Shown here one piece after another: positions 1 to 10,273 of a DNA stretch of 64,000 nt (its first letter is position 1; each line of letters begins with the position of its first letter). The translations under genes and the position numbers were made by a program. The stretch is from positions 6,852,817 through 6,916,816 of the forward strand of contig NW_003314261.1 in the NCBI RefSeq assembly GCF_000143415.4, given 5' to 3'. The notes under the pieces were generated by a model. The model ran no database searches. It saw only the letters and a program-made list of their open reading frames with translations, and was not told the origin of the DNA. Origin of the DNA: Selaginella moellendorffii (lineage: Eukaryota; Plantae; Lycopodiophyta).

Positions 1-274
1 TCGAGTGGAATATCTCCCTGGCTTGATCAATCTGGCGGTTCTTGCAGTAGACTGTGAGCATGAGATCCCAGGAGAAACAATCCCTTGTGGCCATGGAATC
101 AAAGACGAGCAGCGCATCCTCGGCGCTTCCACACCGCCCATACATCTCGATGAGCTTGTTGAGGAGAAAGAGATCAGTGGCATGGATCGCCGATTGGATG
201 CGCTTGTGGAGCTCCCTTGCGACCGTGATGCTGCGGCATTCCTGGATCAAGCCAAGGCAGTCACTGCGTTTCAT
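1..274 (-). CDS. PLS-class pentatricopeptide repeat protein, 5' part (runs off window)
   Basis: Minus-strand frame from ATG at 274 reads MKRSDCLGLIQECRSITVARELHKRI...DLFLLNKLIEMYGRCGSAEDALLVFDSMATRDCFSWDLMLTVY, which are typical PLS PPR motifs. Missed by the ORF track because it is open at the window edge. Confidence 0.85.
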   Translation of the reverse strand, partial: MKRSDCLGLIQECRSITVARELHKRIQSAIHATDLFLLNKLIEMYGRCGSAEDALLVFDSMATRDCFSWDLMLTVYCKNRQIDQAREIFHS

Positions 275-344
275 TCCATGATATAATTTTGATAAAGAAC
301 TCGTACGACATGACAGTCAGTGATCTGCCGTACGCTTGGGATCA

Positions 345-1861
345 TCATGACGAACCCAGATCATAGAAGTTCTTCTCGAATTTCTCCATGGTGTGTGGCA
401 TTAGCCCGAGCTTGAGGCAAATCCGGCGCTTATCCATCCCATCCCGCAGCAAGAACAGCACGTCTGGCAGCAACATCGCGACGGGCGTCGCGAATGCCGC
501 GGCGCCCCACCCGAAATCCAGCTGATCGAACGAGAACCTCGTCCAATCCGACACGATCGTCGTCTGCCGGAAGGATGGCAGCAGCCCGGACGATCCCTTG
601 ACGCTGTGCGCCGCCCGGAGAGCGTCGATCGATCCCCAGATGTAGTCCTCGGTGACGCTCGCCTTGGCGCTCTGGATCGCGCCCACCACCGCGTGGAATG
701 GCGCCGAGAGGAGATTCCCCGCGGCGGCGTTGGAGTAGGCCATGATGAATGCGTTGCCCATGAATCGGTGCGGGAGATCGATCTTCGGCCGCGTGTTGAC
801 GGTGAATTCCAGCAGCGCGCGCTCGCCATCGCCGATCTCCAGGGCCTTGATCCGCGCGAGCCAGGCGTGCGCGGCGAGGACCTCGAATGTGGTGCACGAG
901 GAGAGAGCGCTGCCCTCGTCGCGATCCATCGCCCTGGCCTTCAATCGCTGGATCATCTCGTCGCTGATGCTCAAGGCCTTGACGCGGCACTTGTGCCGAG
1001 CACCCAAATACTCCTCGATCGATTCGGCAGCGCTGGCACTACCCGGTCGGAGCAGTGGAATCCCCTGGAACCTCTCGCGGTAGAGCTCGCCGAGATCGAT
1101 CGCGCGGTCGGGCTCTTCCGCCTTGATCTTGGGACGGAGGCGCTGGCGGTCCTGACAGGGCGGCTCGATCTCTTCTACCCCTCCTCTCGCCAGCGCCGCC
1201 CAATCCGAGAGGAAATGGAGCGCGCTCAGCCCGTCGAAGAGCTCGTGCCTGGATCCAAATCCAATCACGAAGCCTCCACACCCACATCGCGTCACCTGGA
1301 AAGCCAGCCATGGATCTATCGTGAAGAACACCAAGAACACGACATTTCTACCTGGGCCACGATCAAAGCGGTGTCGGAGCTGGGCGGGATCTTGTACACG
1401 AACTTCTCGAATTCCTGATTCGCGTCGCGCATATCGCCGAAATCGTCGATCCTCGCGTCGGTGGAGGCCTCCACGAGCACCACGCCCTGATCCCCGCAGT
1501 GGAGCTCCGGCTCGCCGGATTCGCCATACCTGATCCTGCCCGCCGCGGGGAAATGCGGCACGAGATTGCGCTCCATGGCGTCGCGGAGGCGATCGAAGAC
1601 GCCGCTATCCCCGCCGGAGCGATAGAAATACAAGCTATACATGAAGAGCGGCGCCTGGCGATCGAGATGCGAGAGATACAAGACCTGGTGGCTCGATTGC
1701 GAGGATTTCGAATAGACGAGGACGGGATCTTCGAGATTGACGATCAGCTCGGCCGTGATCTTGGAGTGCCGGGGCCCTGGATCGTCCTGTTCTTGCTCAT
1801 CCACCGCCATAGCCGGAAATATTTCGAAATCCCGGCCCTCCTCCTGCCTGGATTCTTGCAT
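345..1861 (-). CDS. BAHD acyl-CoA acyltransferase, 2 exons
   Basis: HxxxDG (HELFDG) and DFGWG motifs; GT-AG intron 1351-1296 after ...IVAQ, the conserved BAHD Q intron. Start is either ATG 1861 or ATG 1810. Confidence 0.9.
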
Positions 1862-1995
1862 CGCAGCGACGCTCGATCGATTGCTGCTGGTCGAAAAGAT
1901 GGAGTGACGATCTTCGTCCCGGCGCACTGGCAAGTAGCGAGGATTTTTGGATTCTACCTCCCAGTGCGAGGCAGGAACTTGTGAGAACAGCTAGC

Positions 1996-4316
1996 ATGGA
2001 TGGAATTTACGCGCCGCGCTCTGAAAACCCTGGCGCTGTCACGGGTGGTAAGACGTCCCTGTTCTCTAGGGCCTCTTTTTCAAATCCAAGAATGTTCGTT
2101 TCATCGGGCTTAAGGTCTAGCGGCTTTAATCTCCTGGCTAAACCTCTACAGAGATTTAGGGTTCTTGCGTTGCGGCCAATGGAGGCGACGGAGGCGATGG
2201 CGCCAGTGGAGGCGAAGAAGAAGGAGAAAAAGGAGAAGAAGAAGCCATCGCAGGCGCCAGTAGCTGGTAAGCAAATTTTGTCGCGAATGCGCTTCTTTCT
2301 TAGTCTCGAGCGCCTTGCAGCCAAGAAGGAGGGGAAGAAGGAGACCGGGCTTGGCCTCACAGTGAAGAAAGGGGAGAATTTCGGGGAGTGGTATAGCGAG
2401 GTAAGCGCATTACTAGGTTGGATCTCGGGAGAGCTTTGATTTTATCTTTTCAACGATTCATAGGTGGTTGTCATGGGTGATATGATCGAGTATTATGATA
2501 TCTCCGGCTGCTACATTCTTCTTCCATGGTCTTACGCGATCTGGGAGTCGATCCAGGCAAGTCAATGATCTTAGATTTTCATCGCAAAGCGTAACTTTAT
2601 TTCTTCTCTCCTTTTTGCAGCGTTTTCTTGATGGGGAGATTAAAAATCTAGGAGTGGAAAATGCGTACTTCCCACTGTTTGTTTCCGAGAGAGCGCTTGT
2701 CACGGAAAAAAAACACGTAGAGGGATTTGCTCCTGAGGTAGATCCGCGACTATTTTTTTCTCGATGCTAAGATCCAGTTTTCCAGGTTGCATGGGTGACA
2801 AAGTCGGGAGAATCGGCTCTGGAAGTCCCTATAGCCATCCGTCCAACCAGCGAAACCGTGATGTACCCCATTTTTGCTAAGAGGATTCGGGGTCACAGAG
2901 ATCTTCCTTTCAAGATCAACCAGTGGTGTAACGTGGTTCGCTGGGAGTTTAAGCACCCAACTCCTTTCATAAGGTAGCTTCTCCTCGATTCTCTTTCTGA
3001 GATGATACGTAATTCTCTTTTCAGGAGTCGTGAGTTTCTTTGGCAAGAAGGCCACACCGCTTATGCAACCAAGAAAGAAGCGGATGAGGAAGTGTATGCG
3101 GTGCTTGATCTCTATCGAAGAGTGTACGAGGAATTACTCGCTATCCCCGTCATCAAGGGGGTGAAGAGTGAAGTCGAGAAGTTCGCGGGTGGACTCTACA
3201 CGACGACTGTGGAGGTAAAAAGTCTGATTCGAAGCCTGAACTTATTCAACTGGTACTGTTTGTTCCAGGCATTTATTCCGCTCACTGGTCGTGGAATCCA
3301 GGGTGCTACCTCGCATTGCTTGGGCCAGAACTTTGCGGAAATGTTCGACATTGTTTTTGAGGACGAGAAGCGTGAGCGTAAGAAAGTTTGGCAGAATTCG
3401 TGGGGTCTGACTACTCGAACAGTAAGCAGTTTTTCTTTCTTTCTTTCTTTTTCCACTTGATTCCTGACTTCGTGTTTGCTTGCTACATGTAAGATTGGCG
3501 TCATGATCATGGTACATGGAGATGACAAGGGTCTGGTGCTCCCTCCTCGCGTCGCTCCAGTACAGGTTATCATAATTCCAGTGCCTTACAAGGACGTGGA
3601 CACACAGAAGCTTTTTGACGCCGCCGCTAGCACAGCTCGCCAGCTTAAAGCCGCTGGACTGAGAGTGAAGGAGGACACGAGAGACAACTATTCGCCGGGT
3701 TGGAAATACTCGAATTGGGAGCTCAAAGGCGTCCCTTTGAGAGTTGAGATTGGTCCTCGAGATCTAGCAAACAGTCAGGTATGTTCACTTCTTTTGTTCT
3801 AGTGAGAACTTGGTTCTTTTGTTACAGGTCCGTGTTGTGAGGCGGGATACTGGCGCTAAAGAAGATGTGCCAATGGACAAGATCGTCGACCGTATCAGCG
3901 AGCTTTTGGAAGAGATCCAACTCCAGCTGCTAGAAAAGGCTCGCAAAGAGAGGGACGATTGCATCGTCAAGGCGTACACTTGGAAGGAGTTTATGAAGGC
4001 CCTGGACGACAAGAAGATGGTGCTCGCTCCATGGTGTGACGAAGAGGTGAGTTACAAGAACTTTGCATTTACATTTCCTTACACGATTGTTTGATATTTG
4101 GCAGAAAGTAGAAGAGGACGTCAAGGCCAGAACCAAAGGAGAGAGTGGAGCTGCCAAGACGCTGTGCATGCCTCTCGATCAGCCAGATCTCCCAGAAGGT
4201 ATCACGATTCCTCGGGGCTGGTTTTCGCGAATAATTTCTCTTTTTTCTCAGGGACGAGGTGCTTTGCTTCGGAAAAACCTGCAAAGAAGTGGGCTCTCTG
4301 GGGACGCAGCTACTGA
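1996..4316 (+). CDS. Prolyl-tRNA synthetase (eukaryote/archaeal type), multi-exon
   Basis: Motifs [55 protein letters not shown]-terminal WGRSY*. In-frame ATGs at 1996, 2092 and 2179. Confidence 0.95.
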
Positions 4317-4513
4317 GAATGAGATTATTTACGAAGAAAATGGAAAGACAATTCTTTTTGCTTCTTTTGCCATCATAAAGTTCATCCATTCGGTACTTTT
4401 TTGTGATTTTTGGTTTAAAGTTTAAAGTGTAAAGTTGGTTTGCTCACGGTGGTTTGTTTTTCGGAGAAATCCTTCAAACGCAACAAAAGTTCCATTCATT
4501 CCATTCATTCAGA

Positions 4514-4595
4514 GCATCAGACCATTTCATCTCGGGCTCAGCACAGATTTCTCTGATAGCGAATGGATGCGAAAAAGATGAAAGATCATCACTGC
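4514..4595 (-). ncRNA. Box C/D snoRNA candidate
   Basis: Minus strand: GCA-GTGATGA (box C, 4592-4586) ... internal CTGA/ATGA ... CTGA (box D, 4520-4517)-TGC terminal stem; about 82 nt; contains two tracts complementary to 25S rRNA as recalled. Confidence 0.7.
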
Positions 4596-4634
4596 ACTAG
4601 AGAATCGAGAGAGAGAAAGGAAGAGTAGTTTGGG

Positions 4635-4842
4635 GGATGTTTATCACATGGTCTGTCCAAAGAGGTAATCGCGGCATAGCCGCTCCCCATGGCAATGGAA
4701 TATGTGATAGCTGCCGCTCGGAATCCCGCCCCCGAGAGGGCGATCATCAACAAGCGCAGAAAATCAATCTGTGGCGACCCACCGTGGACCTTACGACACC
4801 AAAACAAGCCGCTCCACTTCTAGATTGTGAGTCCGTCCACGC
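4635..4842 (-). ncRNA. H/ACA snoRNA, snR30/U17 (SNORA73)-like
   Basis: 3' hairpin with an 8-bp basal stem TATCACAT/ATGTGATA; m1-like ATATTCCA (4703-4696) and m2-like AGACCAT (4654-4648) flank the internal loop; m2 lies 7 nt before ACA (4640-4638), followed by 3 nt. The 5' end is approximate. Confidence 0.78.
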
Positions 4843-4867
4843 AAAAACCCTTCGTTCTCGCGCATCG

Positions 4868-4909
4868 TTATAAAGCCCTCTCCCAGCCGCCATAAACCCT
4901 AAACCCTAA
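4868..4909 (-). promoter_or_regulatory. TATA box plus tandem telo-boxes; likely promoter of the snoRNA cluster
   Basis: AAACCCTAAACCCTAA at 4894-4909 and minus-strand TTTATAA at 4874-4868, about 26 nt upstream of the first hairpin. Confidence 0.6.
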
Positions 4910-5002
4910 TTAGGTCGAATCCCAGCCGCTCGTGGCGAGAGAGATCCAGGCCGTTGAAAAACTCGCGGGAGATTGTGAGAATATTCTGGGGATTTGAAAA
5001 TT

Positions 5003-5927
5003 TTAGAGGCCAAGGGAGCTCTTCAAGTTGTCCACGCCCTTTCCCACGAAGTCGGTGACCTTCTCTGTGATGGGCTTGAGATCCTCTTTGGGAGGAATCT
5101 GGATCAAGAACAAGAAAAAATGCTTAGAACTTTGGCGAGAGGAAAAAATAAGTGATCCTGACCAGAGTGACATCCACAGGCCGGAGAGCTTCGTTGGCTT
5201 TCTCTTCGTCCTGTTTCAAGAAGCAAGAGATTTGTGAGGATCGAAGCAGTGTGATCGAGCTCGAGAACAGTCTTAGCACTTACCACGAGCTTGTAACCAA
5301 ACTGGAACTCCTTCGCTGTTTTCAGCGTGGGGTAGGTCTTCACCACCGAGGCAATGATCTTCTCCTCGTCCTGGTCACATCTAAGAAACCATCGTTATGA
5401 AATTCCAAAGCCGATGTTTGTTTCAGTCCGATCTTTCCGATCGGCGTGCTTACTTTGTAAACAGCAGCACCGATGTTGTTTGTCAAGCTGTTGCCATAGA
5501 TCTTCTTTCCCCACTCGTTCTTAGTGACTCCCACCATGAACTTTGCCGCATTTCCTCCCGAGACAATGTTTAAAGGGTACCAAAGTGGAACCTGGAAGAA
5601 AGTATTAGATTCCAAAGAACGAGCGATCGATCGTGAGCTTACGTTCTTACTGCGAATGAAGATCACGAATCGCGGATTGTCGTCCTCCGCCGCTGGGACT
5701 TTCGGGAGTGATCTTTGCTGCATCTGCTGCTGCTGCTGCATCCTCCGCATCGGCCCTTTCCTCTTAGACGCTTCAATCGTCAAGACTTGCAAAGATCGCT
5801 CGCTGCTCGCCATGGCTACCCGATCCATCGCCGGCGACCTAAATTTCCCTAGAAACGAGCTTTCCAATCGCCTCGGCTGCGCCGACTCACCGCAATGCGG
5901 CCTCGAAATCGTTGACACTGTCTCCAT
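5003..5927 (-). CDS. HHL1: HYPERSENSITIVE TO HIGH LIGHT 1-like chloroplast thylakoid protein
   Basis: EDDNPRFVIFIR, LWYPLNIVSGG, LKTAKEFQFGYKLV and a transit-peptide-like N-terminus; multi-exon; TAA at 5005-5003. Confidence 0.8.
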
Positions 5928-6143
5928 GCCCGACGCTCAACGCGAAATACCCTAGGTAGGACGATCGTCGGAGAGAGATAGAAGGATCGAGAGAAAAAGA
6001 AAGAGAGCGCCATACCTGGTAGTGGTGGATCTTATCCGGACGAAGGAGAGCCAGGGCCAGGGCAAGATTCGAACGCGTGACCTTTCTTTTGCAAATTAAA
6101 ACTTACCGCCATAATTTAAATTTTAGGGTCCAGGATTTTAGCT

Positions 6144-7439
6144 ATGGCTTCTTCTTGCTGGCTCTCGCCGCCGAGGCTATGGCGGCCGCTGCCAGTCCAG
6201 GTGAAGAAATGCCAGTGGCGACGGCGCAGGATCGGCGCTCGCATTTGCGCTGTTGGGGCTGATTTCAGCGACATCGATGCCACGGATGAGAGCGATCAGG
6301 GAGGAGGATTCAAGGGGGGCGGCGCGAGGGCAAAAAGGCTGGAGAAAGTAAGGTATGAGAAGCAAGCTCGCAAGGAGAAGGAAGACTCCACATACCCCGA
6401 ATGGGCAAGGTTTGCTCATTCCTTTCGTGTTTGTGCTGACAAATGCTATGTATTTCCTTTGCTGCCAGGATTTTTGAAGACCAAGCTCGCAATGACGATG
6501 AAGTTCGGGAGATTCTCGGTGACAGCCTTGGCAATCCAGAGGAGATGGAAAAACGGGTGAGCACTTTTTCATTCGGAAAGAATTCATTCACTCTTTTTCT
6601 TGTTTTTTCCTCTTTTTTCTTTCTTTATAGTTGAGGGACAGGGTACTACGGAAAGGAAATGACCTCTTTACTCCGAAGACTGGTACTGCTATACCTCTGG
6701 AAGTACAGTTCCGAGAGTACGTTTCCATAGTTCTTTCTCGCTCATTTTTGTTTACTGTAATTGTCAACACAGCTTCGATCCAGCGGGAGCATTTATTTGG
6801 TTCGAGCTGTGTGGTGCGCCAACAGAAAAGGACTTGGACATCATCGGAGGCGTAAGTTCACTTTAAGATGATTAAAGTGTGATTCTTAAGTGGCAATCCA
6901 GGTCTTTAGATCATGGTACATTCTTGGCAAGCTGGGAGCTTTCAACACCTTTAACATGCAAGTAAGAGCGATGATACAAAAAATTTTGTTCACTGTGTGT
7001 TTTTTGGAGATTTTTCTCAGCTGACGAAGTTGCCAGTAGAAGCACCACCAAAGTACTCCGCGGAACTAGCCAAGCAATCCTTGCCAGCTTACTTCCACAA
7101 CATTGGCGATATAGAGTACCAAGACACTATCGGAAGAGTCTGGTAAATCTCGGAAGCTTCTATTACGATCTAAAAAATCTTGCTTTTCAACAAAGCAGGG
7201 TCGATCTGGGAACGTCCGACCCGCTTGCGTGGGATGTGATCATAAATTCCTTGTCTGCTGTAAGCTCCGAGTAAGTCTCACTAGATTTATGCCTCTCGAT
7301 AAGAAAAAACCTTTTTTTTTTCCTATCATTGCGTAGCCATGTCGGCATGAAGTTGCTCGTGTTTGGCGGTAACAAATTTGGCGACTGGGAGGACGGAATG
7401 AAAAATCCCGACGATGGCTACAAAGTCTACAAGATCTAA
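6144..7439 (+). CDS. DUF3531 family protein, probably plastid-targeted
   Basis: Spliced product contains FIWFEL, SWYILGKLGAFN, FHNIGDIEYQD, WVDLGTSD, LLVFGG, which I recognise as the DUF3531 pattern; R/S-rich N-terminus. Confidence 0.75.
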
Positions 7440-7957
7440 AGCCACTGACGACATGATATCCTTTCAATGAGAGGTAAGCATTGGTTGCTTCTCTTGGTTT
7501 CCTTCCCTTGTAGAAAGTGATTGGAGTGACTGACCAGACCGACTTTGTAGGGCCTGGGAATCGAACCGATTTTTTCACGTAAAACGGCGTGGCTGGCTAT
7601 GGTGGTGCCAAGTAAGCCCTATTTGCATGGGACACGTGGGTGCTACTGGAAGTGACACGTAACACTTGGCGAAAATGGAAAGCCTTGGCGATGGCGCTGG
7701 CGCTTTGCGCAGGAGGACGAGGAATCTAGATCTTTCTATTCTCTCCCTCTTCTTTTTCTTTGTTTAGGGCCCGGGAATAGGGAGAGCAGAGCTGTTGTGG
7801 CGATATTTTATTGTCTTGCATTGCATGGCTGCTAATAAGCGCGACTTGGCATGATGCGTGTCAAGATCACAGCGATCCATCATTTTCGTGCGTAATCGCA
7901 TCCACATCTCCTCCTCCTAGCTTACTAGGTCTAGATTTCGAGCGCGCTCGGGCGGGA

Positions 7958-10080
7958 ATGGGGCGATTTCGTCTGGAATGCGTCCTCTGGTTGCTGATTC
8001 TTGCGCAGCAGGCCTGCGCTGCGAGAAAATTCGAGTGGAAGAGGGATTCGAGTGCAAGCGACGAGTTCTTGGAGGATCAATCCGCCCGTGGCACGCGATG
8101 GGCTGTTCTACTCGCTGGCTCAGCTGGATATTGGAATTACAGACACCAGGTAACTTAGCGATCAAAGAAATCTTGGCTCTAGTATTATTAGAACTTTCTT
8201 TTCTTGTTCTTCTCGAGGATCTAGCTCTAATGTTTTGGAAAAAAAAATTCCAGGCGGATGTTTGCCATGCGTATCAACTCTTGAGGAGGGGAGGTATGAG
8301 AGAAGAGAATATAGTGGTGTTCATGTATGACGACATCGCGAATAACTTTGCGAATCCCCGGCCTGGAGTCATGATAAATCACCCCAATGGAGACAACGTT
8401 TATGCGGGTGTTCCAAAAGTGAGAACAATCTCTTTCATTCTAATAGACAACTTCCAGAACACTAAAAGGCCTGTTCTTTATTTTTCCACTACAGGACTAC
8501 ACTGGAGATCAAGTCACAGTGAACAATTTTCTGGCAGTCCTTCGCGGGGATAAAGAAGCTCTTCAAGGCGGCAGTGGAAAAGTTGTGGAAAGTGGTCCAA
8601 ATGATCATATCTTTGTGTTCTACTCGGATCATGGGGGTCCTGGCGTACTTGGTAAGGCACAGCTTCATTCTTTTCCTCTTTCGGTATATACTTAAACATG
8701 CTACGCAGGTATGCCGGTCACTCCGTATTTATATGCTGTTGATTTGGTCACAACTCTCCAAGATATGCACGACAACAATAAGTACAAGGAAATGGTATGC
8801 TTGGCTTTGTGTTGGAACGGGGAAGTTCTGACGACGTGTTTGCGGTGATCACAGGTGCTTTACATTGAAGCTTGTGAGAGTGGCAGCATCTTTGAGGGAT
8901 TACTTCCAAAAAACTTAAACATCTTCGTGACAACGGCATCCAACGCTGTTGAAAGCAGCTGGGGAACCTACTGTCCAGGAATGGAGCCTTCTCCACCACC
9001 AGAGTATGATACTTGCATCGGAGATCTTTACAGTGTGGCCTGGATGGAAGACAGGTACCTGAGATCAGAAAGAAATGGTTATGGAATTGAATTGGCTTCA
9101 ATCTTTTTGCAGTGAAGTACACAATCTCGACCATGAAAGGCTGAAGGATCAGTACAACACTGTAAGCGAAAAAAACAAATTTGCTTGCTCGATCGATGCC
9201 ATTCTTATCATTGTGCATAACTTTGCAGGTAAAAGCGAGAACCTCTGACGCGAATACTTATAGAATGGGATCCCATGTTATGAAGTATGGAGACACGAAC
9301 ATGGACAAGGAAAGGTTATCCTTGTATCTCGGGTTTGACCCGGCCAACGCCAATTTGACTTCCTACAGTGAAAAAGCTGTAGAATTGCTGCCCGTCGGGC
9401 TCAAGCTTTTTCTCCAAGACAAACCGGCTTCAAGCATTGGCCAGCGTGATGCCGACTTGCTACATTTCTGGCAGAAGGTATTGTCTCATAAAGCTTTGTA
9501 GCTCCAATTTTTCACGGTTCTCTAGATTGCGTCAGTACACTGGTGTTTTCTTTTATCTTTTCGACTTTTCTAACTTTGTCTCTCTCTCTTTTTCTGCTTT
9601 GCTTTGCAGTACAAAAACTCCAAGGAAAATTCACTAGAGAAGTCCAAGGCATTGCAAGAGTTCCTGGACGTGATAGGAAGGCGTACGCAGATTGACAGGA
9701 GCGTGGAACTTGTGGGAAGCGTTCTGTTGGGCTCAGAATCTGCCTCCCAAATCCTCAACTCCGTGAGACCCGAGGGACATCCACTTGTCGATAATTGGGA
9801 TTGTCTCAAGGAAATGGTGAGTGCCTCCACACTTTGGTTTCCATCAAAGCAAACCTTCCTAACGGAACGAGCTGACGGCTCTCCTTTTTTTTAACAGGTT
9901 CGAGTCTTCGAGACCAAGTGTGGACCTCTCGGACAGTATGGGATGAAGCACATGAGAGCGTTTGCGAATCTTTGCAATGCGGGTGTCGATCCCGAGAGGA
10001 TGAAATCAGCAGCAGGAGCTACGTGTGGTGGTATCTCTTACGTAGACGGTCATGATACCGCAAGCCATTCAAGTTTCTAA
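7958..10080 (+). CDS. VPE: Vacuolar processing enzyme / legumain (peptidase C13)
   Basis: Signal peptide, [24 protein letters not shown], catalytic SDHGGPG and [28 protein letters not shown]. Confidence 0.95.
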
Positions 10081-10273
10081 GCACGCAAGCCATTCAATCT
10101 TCTAGGCAAGTAAGCGATCAAAGTTTTGCATTTAACAGAAGACTAGATAGAAAGATAGATCATCTTCTATGTAGCTACGTTGATAGCATAACTTCTCCTC
10201 CTTCCACTTGTAAAAACCTTATCTACAGGGAATTCATGAAGAACTTTGAAGAACTAGAACACTTTCTGATCGA

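Noticed and set aside
4894-4909. AAACCCTAAACCCTAA as a telomerase RNA template or interstitial telomere
   Set aside because: Only two units, no Pol III USE seen, and its position upstream of a TATA box fits a telo-box promoter element.
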